Counted from the stretch's first letter, positions 36,323 through 46,892 are shown. The stretch is 64,000 bases of DNA from Methanobacteriota archaeon (GCA_002727275.1 PBWO01000034.1:19941-83940), one strand, 5' to 3'. Numbers and translations: made by a program. Notes: generated by a model from the sequence alone, not told the origin.

Positions 36323-37557
36323 ATCGTCTCACTCACTTCCCCTTCAATAACAGGTTGCATGGGATTCGAGATTTCTACCATCGAGGAAGAGGTGTTTCCT
36401 AATGATTCGAGCAACAAATCAACCCTAAGAAGTCCGTATCCATAATGGTCATCATGCTCGCTCTGACCTTCTTTCATCTGCGAATTCCCACTGATTAAAT
36501 CCTTCATCTGAGCTACCGCTCCAGGCCCACCTGCATCGCCTTCACGCTGTAATTCAGGATGTTCTTCCAGTATCAGGGACAAAGCACCAGAAACCCACGC
36601 AGTAGATGCAGAAGTCCCACTGGACCAACCCCACCATGAGCCCGAACTCAATCCTCCTGCCAACAGAATTGGAACTTCGTGTCCTGGTGCGACGACTTCC
36701 GGTTTCTTGTCTGGATCGCTTCTCGGGAAGATTGGGTTGGGCCAGATTCTGCCGTCGTTGTCACCTTGTGAGCTGCCCATCCAAATTGCACCCGTGCGAG
36801 TTACTCCTCCGACACAGATTACATCCTCAACTGAGCCAGGAGATTCGACATCTCCATCATCATCCTCGCCATCGTTCCCCGCAGCAGCCACTACATACAC
36901 TCCCTGGTTGATTGCATCTTCGACCGCTTCCTCCAGAGCATCAGTGGTGAAAAGACCAGACCCGAATCCTTGTGCGCCCCCTAGACTCAGAGAAATAACA
37001 TCTGCCTGACTGGCCACACACCAGTCTACAGACTCGGCAATATTTTCATCATTGCCAATGCCCTGGTCATCTATCGCTTTAGCGACTAGCAAGCTTACCC
37101 CTGGAGCATTACCTGTCAAACCATCTTCAGCAACAATGATTCCAGCCATCGCCGTCCCATGTCCTTCATCATCGTAGGGAGAATCCGAATTGCCTATTGC
37201 ATCATGCCACCCTACAAGATTCATCTTCTGCAAATCGCGATGGTCGGAATCAATTCCTGAATCGACTATACACAGCACCACTCCTGTACCATCTCCAGAA
37301 ACAGCATCTACTCCTGTCATGTCTCTATACTCGTCTTCCCAGGTCAGTAATGCAGAAGGCGGCCCACCAATCGTTATGTTTGCAGCCTGAGAGATAATCC
37401 ATAGGCCTGCAATGGCTAAACTCAGTAGAACAATCAATCCTGCAGAAACCCCAATGACTAGTTTCAGAGAATCCCCTTGTCCACTTTTCGATTCCGAATA
37501 GTCAAGCAACTCGTTTTCAAAACCATTATCTGCGTCAATATCCACTTCATCTGACAA
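36262..37557 (-). CDS. Subtilisin-like serine protease (peptidase S8), N-terminally membrane anchored
   Basis: Catalytic triad contexts VLCIVDSGID (Asp), DDEGHGTAMAGII (His) and GTSASTAWVSGA (Ser). TM LKLVIGVSAGLIVLLSLAIAGLWII. TTG start preceded by AAGGTGGT. Confidence 0.85.
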   Translation of the reverse strand: MSDEVDIDADNGFENELLDYSESKSGQGDSLKLVIGVSAGLIVLLSLAIAGLWIISQAANITIGGPPSALLTWEDEYRDMTGVDAVSGDGTGVVLCIVDSGIDSDHRDLQKMNLVGWHDAIGNSDSPYDDEGHGTAMAGIIVAEDGLTGNAPGVSLLVAKAIDDQGIGNDENIAESVDWCVASQADVISLSLGGAQGFGSGLFTTDALEEAVEDAINQGVYVVAAAGNDGEDDDGDVESPGSVEDVICVGGVTRTGAIWMGSSQGDNDGRIWPNPIFPRSDPDKKPEVVAPGHEVPILLAGGLSSGSWWGWSSGTSASTAWVSGALSLILEEHPELQREGDAGGPGAVAQMKDLISGNSQMKEGQSEHDDHYGYGLLRVDLLLESLGNTSSSMVEISNPMQPVIEGEVSETIQVRRSTARVPPVSSTNPRE

Positions 37558-37574
37558 ATGACCACCTTAGGATA

Positions 37575-38741
37575 TTACCATGCTTCAGGTCTACTGAAGT
37601 GACTCACTACTGTGGTGTTAGATTTACAACTTGGGCATTCAATTCTGATAGGAAGGGCTGAGTCACACTCAGGGCATTTGGTTCCTGGCTTACCCGAGCC
37701 GGAACAACTCTCCGAGCAAGGCACCTCTATTCGGCCCCCGTCGTGTCTGGCTGCCGGAGTACTGCCCGAACATATCGGGCACTTGCCCTGCTCAGCCTCT
37801 TGGACGGGCTCAGGTGCGTCTCCAGATACTTCTCTAGCTCTAACTGATTGGATCCTATCTTCTGCATCTCCAAGCATGAATTGAGGATACCAAAGCACGT
37901 GAACCAATAACACAGATGCAAAGAATCCTGTAATTACGAATATCGCAACTAGTAGATTGCTATAATCTTCGATAGGTGGTCTTTGAGCAATGGCGTGTGC
38001 ACCAGACCACGACATCAGGTTAATCATAATCATCCATGCACCTAGGGCAAGACTCCATACTCTCAGACTATGGTCTCTCCAAGCCTTCTGTACCACACGT
38101 GGGTCCGGATGTGCATGCCTCTCTTGCACATGAATATCCCTAGTCTCAATGACCGCTCGATGTACGACAACTATTGCCAGGAAGAACAAAATCAGATTCG
38201 ACATTACTAGCGTAGCCCAATCTCCTATGGTCGTTGAACTGGGGAAGTCGGGTTTATCGGAATGAGCACTAATGGAGCCCAACTGAACCACAATCATACC
38301 TAGCCAAAGATAAACTAGATTTTCTCTCATTATCGGATATTTTCCCCACATAGTGATGAAGACGCCAGTCCATGCAATCAGAGAAAGCAAAGCCATCATG
38401 AGAGATAGATCAGAGAGATTCCTAAAACCAGTTAGTCCGAATCTATTGTAATCTCCCCCAGTTGCAAGCTCTCCAATACCGAGGTCCCATGAGCCCAATA
38501 CCAGTGCAATGAAGGCCAATCCAATGCTAGTCAATTCTCCGATATTCCATCTCCTTCGAATCATAGTTAGATGGAAAATAGAATCCTCTCTAATGACATC
38601 CAAGAATGCCAAACGCTCATCTTTTTCAGATAGCCGAAAACCCAACTCTATGTCAGTTAGGCGGAAGGACTCAATTCCATTGCCGACCACATCCGGACTG
38701 TCACTGCCGCCCTCGCCCACGACAACCCCGAATAGAGGCAC
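37575..38741 (-). CDS. Polytopic membrane protein with a C-terminal multi-Cys zinc-ribbon domain (function unknown)
   Basis: Several hydrophobic helices in the central 250 aa. The C-terminus is GKCPICSGS...VPCSESCSGSGKPGTKCPECDS...IECPSCKS. TAA stop 17 nt upstream of the protease gene. Confidence 0.6.
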   Translation of the reverse strand: MPLFGVVVGEGGSDSPDVVGNGIESFRLTDIELGFRLSEKDERLAFLDVIREDSIFHLTMIRRRWNIGELTSIGLAFIALVLGSWDLGIGELATGGDYNRFGLTGFRNLSDLSLMMALLSLIAWTGVFITMWGKYPIMRENLVYLWLGMIVVQLGSISAHSDKPDFPSSTTIGDWATLVMSNLILFFLAIVVVHRAVIETRDIHVQERHAHPDPRVVQKAWRDHSLRVWSLALGAWMIMINLMSWSGAHAIAQRPPIEDYSNLLVAIFVITGFFASVLLVHVLWYPQFMLGDAEDRIQSVRAREVSGDAPEPVQEAEQGKCPICSGSTPAARHDGGRIEVPCSESCSGSGKPGTKCPECDSALPIRIECPSCKSNTTVVSHFSRPEAW

Positions 38742-38791
38742 CGAATAAGGGACGCGCTAGTTGAGGACTGCGGATGCACGAACAAGAAAGG

Positions 38792-38877
38792 TGGCGCCGA
38801 GAGGGAGATTTGAACTCCCGAGGGAAAATCCCACATGATTTCCAGTCATGCGCAATACCGGGCTATGCGATCTCGGC
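38792..38877 (-). tRNA. tRNA-Ser (anticodon GGA), type II with a long variable arm, CCA encoded
   Basis: The reverse complement folds as acceptor GCCGAGA/UCUCGGC, anticodon stem CAUGA/UCAUG with loop CUGGAAA, variable arm GGGA-UUU-UCCC, T-arm GGGAG-UUCAAAU-CUCCC, discriminator G + CCA. Confidence 0.9.
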
Positions 38878-38949
38878 TGGCAGCCCTACGAGTAACAATC
38901 CCGACTTGAGTTTGTTGATGGATAAAGCATCCAAGTCCCATCGTAGCGA

Positions 38950-38955
38950 TTAAAT
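38950..38955 (+). promoter_or_regulatory. TATA-like box (TTAAAT) about 28 nt upstream of tRNA-Thr
   Basis: An AT-rich hexamer at the spacing expected for an archaeal TATA box relative to the mature 5' end at 38981. Confidence 0.35.
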
Positions 38956-38980
38956 CAGCCCCATCGATGGAAGGCCTGCC

Positions 38981-39055
38981 GCCACTGTGGCTTAGGGGTA
39001 TAGCGTCGCCTTGGTAAGGCGAAGGTCGGGGGTTCAATTCCCCCCAGTGGCTCCA
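38981..39055 (+). tRNA. tRNA-Thr (anticodon GGU), CCA encoded
   Basis: Acceptor GCCACUG/CAGUGGC, D-arm GCU...AGC, anticodon stem UCGCC/GGCGA with loop UUGGUAA, T-arm GGGGG-UUCAAUU-CCCCC, discriminator U + CCA. Confidence 0.9.
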
Positions 39056-39131
39056 TTTAATTCAACAATAATTACAATGAGAATATACATCCAAATGAGT
39101 CTGTTCGTAGAACAGAACCAATTCATTCATA

Positions 39132-42100
39132 ATGCACCTAAACCCACGTGACAACATGCCAGCCGAGCGGAAGACAGTTGCGAGTTTACTCGTACTGCTA
39201 ATTTTGATTGCACCATTGACAACAGCGGACACAGCCTCATGGGATGGTCCGACTAGTGTGAATACCCAGGGGGGGACTGCTACAATCCAAGGATTCGAAG
39301 TCCCCGGAAATGCCACCGTATTAGATGCATGGTTACATGTTTCTGATTCTCCGATGGCAGGGTCTACCATCGCAACAACTGTATGGGATCAAGATGTAAT
39401 TGTCAATGGAACGTTGACTGGCACAACTACAGATCTAATCTCGGGACAGTTGTCCTTAGAAGATGACATGACTCTATCTCAGATTACCGACTTAGACATT
39501 GGAAATTACACGATTGACCTGAATGGCAGGTACACTGCAGGGCCGGTCCCTCTCGTAATGACAGAGTTTGAACTTGCAAATGGGTATTCTCCGCATTCTC
39601 ATTGCAACAATCTGACCGGATACAATCTCAGTGCAGGTTTTGACGAGGATAACAGTGGCGGGTTAACTGGCGCAGAAATCGCCTCGTCGCATTATCTCTG
39701 TCAAACCAGTCATGTTGTCCAGGGGGGCAATGGGAGAGTGGCAAATGGTACTCTGGTCAACGGTAGTTTCAGCTCTTCTACGACCACAATACCTGCCGGT
39801 AATTCTACCTGTTCTGAGGGCGGAATTGTGCTTACATACGGCAATGACTACGGATTATACTACGACGACAACTACGCACTCAATGCGACTGAAGTTGACG
39901 GCGAGTTAATTTTCTGTAATCGCCCAGTTCACTGGTTTGCCACCAATCTGGAGTTGAATGGAACTATCTTAGGATCCGAGCAGACCCTGCCTCATGGAGT
40001 AGTACCCTCTCGTGCTAGTGAGGGCAAGATTGTAGTCGGCACTAATCCCGGAACTCCTTTCCCTGCAGACACTGATGCATGGTTCTCATTCCCTGTTGCT
40101 GTTCAATTAGCCAGCAAACAAGTCAATTACGACCTGTCCTATGATATCTGGCATCATCTGGATGGCAGTGAAGCAGGAGCATGGCTTGAGTATCGAACTA
40201 GAACTGCAGCAGGCTATGGAGATTGGACTTGGATTCAGCCTGATGGCGGATATCCTTACTCCATCTCTCATGCGAACCTATCTGTAAATGGAGCACCATC
40301 GGGTGCACTACCGGTCTACAGTGGAACAGGACACAGCGGTTGGATTTCAGACTCACTAAACCTCTCAACCATTCCTGGAATGTCTAATGACTCCGTGAAT
40401 GAACTGAAATTCAGATTTAGGGTTTGGACTTCTGAAGACTCTGACCTACGCCCAGGTGTTTTCATCGACAACATCTTGGTTCACAACGATGGTTCTGGAG
40501 GCGCAGTTTGGCATCATGGATGCGACAGGAATGGATACCACTACCAACCATATGGCACGAATCAGTGTAGATATTCGAACAACGTAATTGGTAGTCTACA
40601 GACCCAAGTCAATCTCACATCTGTAACTGACATGATATTCACTCTCCATTGGGATCTAGAGGGCTCATCATGGGACAATCTCTGCATCGAACTTTCGAAC
40701 AATGGCGGCACATCTTGGACAGATATTAGCTCTACAGGAGGCTCGCCCACTACCACTCAATGCAGGTCTCGTTCCGGTAATATACCCGGTAGTGGATATA
40801 CCGATATGAGTGGAATTACTCATACAGATGACTCTGGGGGGCCGGTCGATATTTCTGTGTCCGTGCCTGCCACACATCGGGTTGCGAATGCTCAACTCAG
40901 ATTTGTAGTTCAGACTGACGCCTCTGTACAATATGGGGGATCCTCAACCACTGACCCCGATGGTCGTGAGGGACTTACTGTATATTCTTTCAAAGGGCTC
41001 GCTGCTAGCGGCGCTCAATTATTCCACACCGAGATAGGCTCAGTCACTGCTAATACATATGCAACTGGAGTCAATGAATGGCGTTTGTTGACATTGAATT
41101 CAGGCTACTACAGCAAAGTCTTCGGCTTTGAGGACTCTGATGCTTCGGATCCAGAAGCCGACGATGCGCCTGGTTTCCAGAGAGGCACCAATGTGAATAA
41201 TTGCGGAATGACGACTTGCAAATTCATTCTGGATCATTATTCTGATACAGACGACGAATTTGGCCCAACTAGTGCCAGTTCTTTCCCCTATGCTTACGCT
41301 ATCGGCGGTGAAGGAACGATGACCTCAGTAATCAGCAACGCATACCTAATGACTCCGACCTACAGTGTACCAGATACAGGACTTACAGAGTTTGTATTCG
41401 ATCACTGGATTTGTATGAATTACTACACTTACATCGGAGGTGCTATCTTCATGCAGGTAAATGGAGGCTCTTGGCAGCATTATGATCCAGGAACTTACAC
41501 TACTACGATGTACACTTTTGCGAGTACTACCGTCCTCGATGGACTGGGCATTTGGACTACGGTCCATTGCGGAGTCGATAATTTCGAAACTGTTGCTATC
41601 GACCTATCTCCTTGGAGGGGCGATGACGTTAGATTCAGATTCATTGCTGCAGCCAAGTATTCTGACGATGACTCCGGATGGTTCATCGACAACATCGGAC
41701 TCAGACAGGCCAACTTCAGTTCACCTGGAACTTGGATTAGTGATGAATTCCAGCTGGGCCAGCAAGATCGGTTTGACTACGGAATCATCGAAGTCACAGG
41801 TACTGCAGATGATTATGCAAACAATACTCTGACAGGCACCCTAATGGATGCAAATACTATGGCACCTATTCCGGGGTATTCTGGAGTTGATTTCCCAATT
41901 AGCCTAGCCGGTTTAGATGTGGACACTCACTCTCAACTGAGGCTTCAACTGGATCTTGATACTCAAAATCCCGTCTCTACTCCAACAGTCGAGGAAATCA
42001 GAATTGGAGGGTCCAGAATCTTATCTTCAGCTATGGGGGGACTAAATGGATGGGACATTTCTAACGGAATCGAGGTCATCGACGGAGCTCTAAATGCTAC

Positions 42101-45100
42101 TTCTATTTCTGGAACAATTACTTCTGAATACATACATTCTCAGAGGCCAATCAAGGGACTGTCTTTCACTGGCAATTCCTCTAGTAATGTGTACATTGAG
42201 GTGTTTGATGCACATGGTAATGCCCTAGGTGCTAACCCGAAAGGCTCAGCCGTCTCCTTCAATACTCCTCAGACTGGATATTCACTCGAAATCACCCTTC
42301 CTACGAATGGCTACATCACCACCCTGTCAATTAATTATGACTACGGCGAGCCTGCTAGGGATGCCTCAATCGATGCTGCTGATGATGGAAGTATAGATTG
42401 GTCATTCCCATCATCACTGGGCAGAGGACATTATGCTTGGCAGAGCAATTTGATTCCCGATTCTGCAATTGGTACAACCGAGGGAGTAGGCTCAGTTACT
42501 CTGTCTGTGGACTCATCAGGAACTTCGATTTACTCCATTGTCCCAGTAAATTCCCACGTCAACTCAGGACTAATATCGGTATCTTCAGACTCTGATGGAT
42601 TTGAATCTCCAGTCAGTGTCTCTATCGCTGGTTCGTCCCTTTCGACTGGTATGGCAGATGAACTAATGACTACAGCCCTATCTGTTTCTCAGTTGACGGC
42701 AATCAACTCGCTTTCTTCGGGTTGGACCGACCCAGAAACAAATAGAGATTGGAGGGTGATACAAATCTCACTTACGTCGACTTCGCAGCAGTATGTGACT
42801 GTCTCTGGCTTAGCCCTAGGATATACCACATTTGAGAACGTCTCAGGTTTGGGTGAGGCAATTGCTGCCTATCATGATGTCAACACTCAAGACGATCCGC
42901 CACCAGAAGATGTTTCGATACCCTTTGTATTCACGTCCGATATTGGCTCGATTTCAGTTGATGGCGACTTAGTGTATGCATACTTTGTAACAAATAGGGA
43001 CTTCCAAGTTCCCAACACCTTGTATCCGGATGGTAATGCTATCGAAATTGTAACTAGGCATCATCACCTAGATGACAACTCAGAGATTGCTACGATTTCA
43101 CTCACTGGATCTGCATCGGACGGAGAAACAATCCAATTCGCTGTGGAAAACAATCCCGATGGACTTTGGGGATTGGGTTCTGCTGTAAGTTTCCAGCAAG
43201 GTTCTGGCTCCAATTTAGCACCACTAGATGCCTCGGCTAGTTATGTAGAAATACTCACCAATAGCGATGGATTCGAAGATGTAGTTGTACACTGGATTTT
43301 TGAGGTCAACTGGAATTGGGACGACGTTGCAACAATTCAGTGGGCCGCAAAGGCCATGATTGCCAACGGCGATACAGTTTGGCCCGCTACTGCCACCAGT
43401 GGAATGTTTGGTGCCAAGGCTGTAGAGAATGACATCCAAGTTGAATCGTTTGAGGTTAGGGACGAATATGGAAGATTACTTTCCAATCAATTCTCCACAT
43501 TCTATCCATTTACTGTAAGACTTGGCTCGGATGTGAACATTACTGGAAATGTTCGATTCCAAGATTCTCAGAACCACAGGCCAAGCATGAATGATTTCTC
43601 TGTCGGACTTAACCTGTCAGGAAACCTGTTCTCCCTCACATCGGGAGAAGACGGAACATTCTATGGAATAATTACTCCGCCAGGTTCTCTTTCCGAGCTT
43701 TCCTTGGCCCCAATTGTGATCAATGTCGGTCCAACGGGAGCCATAGGCGCTGAAGACACATCGGGAGACACAACTCAAGTCATTGTCAGAATTGATGCTA
43801 ATCCGCCAACTGTGGGTCCGATCGAAATTAGTACGGACATTGGCTTGCAGCCAGCAAATGGAAAGGTTTGGGAGCCGACAAGCCCGATTTCTGTTTATGT
43901 TACATCCGATGAGTACGAGTCTCGTGGGGAAGAAATCACACTAAGATATTGGAGGGAAGGGGTCGACGACCAGAATATGGATGGCGTTGCCGATGAAATC
44001 GAATATATGTCCATCCCTATGCCGCTATCATCAGGTCTGACTGGTCAGCAACAGATTCAGTTCCCTCCTGTGGATATATCCGGCGTTCCAACAAACGGTG
44101 TCATGCACATGTACATCGAAGGTACTGATTGGGCTGGTAACACATATCAGGATGGCGGAACAGGTGGCGGTCCAGGCGCCGAAAACGCTTGGTCTTCTGT
44201 AGTAATTGCCACAGATGAGCCAACTAGCATTGTTTCTTCAGGATTTGATATGGATCGCGAAATCGGCTACCTATTAGCCGGAGTTCCGCATGCGTTCTCA
44301 CTCCAAATCAACGAGCCCAATGGCCTGCAGACTTTGGACAATGTCTCAGTAATGTTGTGCGGTGACGGCCCTTCTAATCTAGGCAAGTTCTCGTACAATC
44401 CCTCCACAGGTTCCCTATGGTCGGCCGACGACAGTATGGTGACGCCTCTGAGTGCACAAAGCACCTCGGTTAATTCCGATGTCACCGAACTCAGTTTAGG
44501 TTTCGAAATATCATGGGATTACCCGTGGGAGGATGGACAACTGGGCTGCAAACCAAGTGTTGCCATCGAAGACGATCTTTCCACCGTGGCTTACATGAAT
44601 AACATAGCACAATTATCTTGGGAACTTGACAATCAATTCATGGCATTAACCGATTTGACTGACCTCACTCCCCCAATTATCGATATGGTTGATAACTCAC
44701 TATATCTGAGACAAGGAGATGAGTTCGGGTTTAGCGGGCATGTCGTTTACGCCGGCTCACAAGCCTTGGCTACTACCATCCCAGCAGATCTACAAGTCGA
44801 AGTAGAAGTGATTTATGGAACTCAAGAAGTTGATTCAGTGGTCGATGTAAATTCGGATGGTAGTTTTACAGGAAGTATGATCTTGCCTTCAAGAGTCCCT
44901 CTCACCCCAGAAATGCCAGTAACCACTTCTGTGCTAAACATACCTGGTCTGGGAAGTTCCGCTGACAATTCCGATTCTTCGATCGTAGTTGACAGCAAAC
45001 CACCTCAAGCTTTGTTTAATCTGGCCGAATACCCCGATTCATCTTTGACTATTCTGGATTCAGACATGATTGGTGATGTCACAGTAACTGTCACAATGGT

Positions 45101-45926
45101 AGATGAAATTGGAATGACTGACGGTCCCTTGCAAGTTTCTTGGGTCTATATCAGATCAAACAATCCAGTGCCTGGAACTGAGGCCACCGGGGAACTATCG
45201 ATGATTATTGATGGAGATAATGAAGATGTTTACCAGTCAAGGCTTGATATGATGCCGCTGAATGGCATGGATATCGAGCCCGGAGATCATATTTGGTTCT
45301 GGATTACATCCACTGATAAGTCCGGTAACGAGATTATTGGCTCCGGAAGCGAGTCTGCTCCTAGACAAGTAACTGTCAGAATTATGGAATTCCTTGGCGC
45401 ATATACTAGGTCCGTAATTCAACCCAATGCTAACCCAACTCAAGGAGAGATTCTGACCATTGAGACGTTCTGGGAAAATCCAGGTAAGCGAGATGGAGAA
45501 ATTACTGTGGGACTATATGAGTTGGTTGATGGGGAGCAGTGGATTCCGGCATTGTCGACTAATACTGATGGAGACATCACTATTTCTCTCCCTGCGGAGA
45601 GTTCCAGTGTCTATGCTGAATTCGAGTGGGAATCTTGGCAATCAGGGCAGCCAAATCTCTACTTGATTGTAGGTGAAGACTTCGATAATCCATATCGTGC
45701 CATCACAGGAATAAATGTCAAGGCGCCAGTGACGGATGATGACAGCGAGTCCAGTTCACAGATTATGCTGTTCGGCGGAATTGCAGTTGTAGCAGTGCTT
45801 GTTGTGGCCGTGATGATGTCCCGTGGAAGGGGAGAAGAGGACTTCTACTACGAAGATGACGAAGAGTCATACTACGAAGACGACTCATGGGAAGGAGATG
45901 ACGAGGAAGAAGAAGGTGAAGACTGA
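39132..45926 (+). CDS. Giant (2264 aa) surface protein: signal peptide, two MAM/choice-of-anchor-J-like jelly-roll domains, many beta-rich modules, C-terminal TM helix, poly-acidic tail
   Basis: Signal ASLLVLLILIAPLTTADTASW. ...PGVFIDNILVHNDG and ...SGWFIDNIGLRQ are endings typical of MAM/jelly-roll adhesion domains. TM LFGGIAVVAVLVVAVMMSRGR followed by EEDFYYEDDEESYYEDDSWEGDDEEEEGED. Confidence 0.8.
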   Translation: MHLNPRDNMPAERKTVASLLVLLILIAPLTTADTASWDGPTSVNTQGGTATIQGFEVPGNATVLDAWLHVSDSPMAGSTIATTVWDQDVIVNGTLTGTTTDLISGQLSLEDDMTLSQITDLDIGNYTIDLNGRYTAGPVPLVMTEFELANGYSPHSHCNNLTGYNLSAGFDEDNSGGLTGAEIASSHYLCQTSHVVQGGNGRVANGTLVNGSFSSSTTTIPAGNSTCSEGGIVLTYGNDYGLYYDDNYALNATEVDGELIFCNRPVHWFATNLELNGTILGSEQTLPHGVVPSRASEGKIVVGTNPGTPFPADTDAWFSFPVAVQLASKQVNYDLSYDIWHHLDGSEAGAWLEYRTRTAAGYGDWTWIQPDGGYPYSISHANLSVNGAPSGALPVYSGTGHSGWISDSLNLSTIPGMSNDSVNELKFRFRVWTSEDSDLRPGVFIDNILVHNDGSGGAVWHHGCDRNGYHYQPYGTNQCRYSNNVIGSLQTQVNLTSVTDMIFTLHWDLEGSSWDNLCIELSNNGGTSWTDISSTGGSPTTTQCRSRSGNIPGSGYTDMSGITHTDDSGGPVDISVSVPATHRVANAQLRFVVQTDASVQYGGSSTTDPDGREGLTVYSFKGLAASGAQLFHTEIGSVTANTYATGVNEWRLLTLNSGYYSKVFGFEDSDASDPEADDAPGFQRGTNVNNCGMTTCKFILDHYSDTDDEFGPTSASSFPYAYAIGGEGTMTSVISNAYLMTPTYSVPDTGLTEFVFDHWICMNYYTYIGGAIFMQVNGGSWQHYDPGTYTTTMYTFASTTVLDGLGIWTTVHCGVDNFETVAIDLSPWRGDDVRFRFIAAAKYSDDDSGWFIDNIGLRQANFSSPGTWISDEFQLGQQDRFDYGIIEVTGTADDYANNTLTGTLMDANTMAPIPGYSGVDFPISLAGLDVDTHSQLRLQLDLDTQNPVSTPTVEEIRIGGSRILSSAMGGLNGWDISNGIEVIDGALNATSISGTITSEYIHSQRPIKGLSFTGNSSSNVYIEVFDAHGNALGANPKGSAVSFNTPQTGYSLEITLPTNGYITTLSINYDYGEPARDASIDAADDGSIDWSFPSSLGRGHYAWQSNLIPDSAIGTTEGVGSVTLSVDSSGTSIYSIVPVNSHVNSGLISVSSDSDGFESPVSVSIAGSSLSTGMADELMTTALSVSQLTAINSLSSGWTDPETNRDWRVIQISLTSTSQQYVTVSGLALGYTTFENVSGLGEAIAAYHDVNTQDDPPPEDVSIPFVFTSDIGSISVDGDLVYAYFVTNRDFQVPNTLYPDGNAIEIVTRHHHLDDNSEIATISLTGSASDGETIQFAVENNPDGLWGLGSAVSFQQGSGSNLAPLDASASYVEILTNSDGFEDVVVHWIFEVNWNWDDVATIQWAAKAMIANGDTVWPATATSGMFGAKAVENDIQVESFEVRDEYGRLLSNQFSTFYPFTVRLGSDVNITGNVRFQDSQNHRPSMNDFSVGLNLSGNLFSLTSGEDGTFYGIITPPGSLSELSLAPIVINVGPTGAIGAEDTSGDTTQVIVRIDANPPTVGPIEISTDIGLQPANGKVWEPTSPISVYVTSDEYESRGEEITLRYWREGVDDQNMDGVADEIEYMSIPMPLSSGLTGQQQIQFPPVDISGVPTNGVMHMYIEGTDWAGNTYQDGGTGGGPGAENAWSSVVIATDEPTSIVSSGFDMDREIGYLLAGVPHAFSLQINEPNGLQTLDNVSVMLCGDGPSNLGKFSYNPSTGSLWSADDSMVTPLSAQSTSVNSDVTELSLGFEISWDYPWEDGQLGCKPSVAIEDDLSTVAYMNNIAQLSWELDNQFMALTDLTDLTPPIIDMVDNSLYLRQGDEFGFSGHVVYAGSQALATTIPADLQVEVEVIYGTQEVDSVVDVNSDGSFTGSMILPSRVPLTPEMPVTTSVLNIPGLGSSADNSDSSIVVDSKPPQALFNLAEYPDSSLTILDSDMIGDVTVTVTMVDEIGMTDGPLQVSWVYIRSNNPVPGTEATGELSMIIDGDNEDVYQSRLDMMPLNGMDIEPGDHIWFWITSTDKSGNEIIGSGSESAPRQVTVRIMEFLGAYTRSVIQPNANPTQGEILTIETFWENPGKRDGEITVGLYELVDGEQWIPALSTNTDGDITISLPAESSSVYAEFEWESWQSGQPNLYLIVGEDFDNPYRAITGINVKAPVTDDDSESSSQIMLFGGIAVVAVLVVAVMMSRGRGEEDFYYEDDEESYYEDDSWEGDDEEEEGED

Positions 45927-46041
45927 TCTTCGCTGAATTCTTCGTATCGAATAATCTAACTCGTGAGACAAAGAGCACCTTCCTTGTTTATAGGCCAAAG
46001 GTGAGGGCTATTCCGGTTGGAGGAGCAATCCTCCAGATGGG

Positions 46042-46218
46042 ATGCGCATGACTAAGGACAGCGAAGCAGGTACGTTTGAAGAGCTTAAGGGAGAAGTAGA
46101 GGAACTTAGGGCATTAGTCAATACGCTACTGACTATTATCATGGAAGAAGCAGACGGTGTACAGTCGGGGACCGCTCCATCAATACCGGACCAACCCAAG
46201 CGCGGATACTCGATGTAA
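46042..46218 (+). CDS. Small hypothetical coiled-coil protein (58 aa; below the ORF-track cutoff)
   Basis: ATG...TAA ORF translating to MRMTKDSEAGTFEELKGEVEELRALVNTLLTIIMEEADGVQSGTAPSIPDQPKRGYSM. It has a heptad-like amphipathic segment. The competing 63-aa antisense ORF has poorer composition. Confidence 0.3.
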   Translation: MRMTKDSEAGTFEELKGEVEELRALVNTLLTIIMEEADGVQSGTAPSIPDQPKRGYSM

Positions 46219-46842
46219 TCAGTACTGCACTGGTTCAGGATCTATGCTTCGCCACATATACCAAGTAGCCACTGTTCTCCAAGGTATCCATTTCTGCGAT
46301 ATTAATTCGATTTGCTCAACGCTCATCTCTTCGCCATCAGAATAGTTCTTCTCCACTGCTCTAATCAGACCGATATCAGTCAGCGGCAATACGTTGGGAC
46401 GAAGCAGCGCGAAAATCAAGACCATTTCAGCTGTCCAAACCCCAATGCCTCTGAGAGCAATCAACCTAGCTTTGACCTCATCATCAGCTAGGCCTCCCCA
46501 GTCAATGTCTTGGTAGCCTTCTGTCCAGGCGAGGGCCAATCCTGAGATATATTCCGCCTTCATCCTAGAAAGGCCACATGAGCGCAATTCTTCATGTGAG
46601 CAAGCAAGAATTCGTTTAGGCCTCAACTCACCAACCAGGCTCTCTAGCCTTTGCCTGACAGCACTAGCGGCTACTGTCGATATCTGTTGGCCCACAATTG
46701 ATACGATTAGAGTCTTGAACAAATTCCCTTCAGAGGTCAGCATTGAGTCATCGTACTTCGCAAACAATCTCGAAAGCACAGGGTCTGAGGACAGCTCCTG
46801 TTTAGCCTGCCCCCAGTAATCTGGGACTAAACTGGAGGACAT
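46219..46842 (-). CDS. HhH-GPD superfamily DNA glycosylase (AlkA / 3-methyladenine glycosylase II-like)
   Basis: IVGQQIS..AA, and the helix-hairpin-helix LRGIGVWTAEMVLIFAL.RPNVLPLTDIGLIRAVEK with the catalytic Asp context. Confidence 0.8.
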   Translation of the reverse strand: MSSSLVPDYWGQAKQELSSDPVLSRLFAKYDDSMLTSEGNLFKTLIVSIVGQQISTVAASAVRQRLESLVGELRPKRILACSHEELRSCGLSRMKAEYISGLALAWTEGYQDIDWGGLADDEVKARLIALRGIGVWTAEMVLIFALLRPNVLPLTDIGLIRAVEKNYSDGEEMSVEQIELISQKWIPWRTVATWYMWRSIDPEPVQY

Positions 46843-46892
46843 GTCGAGCGCAACGTCACATAGTTCAAGACGACTTCGTACCTCGTAGCCCC

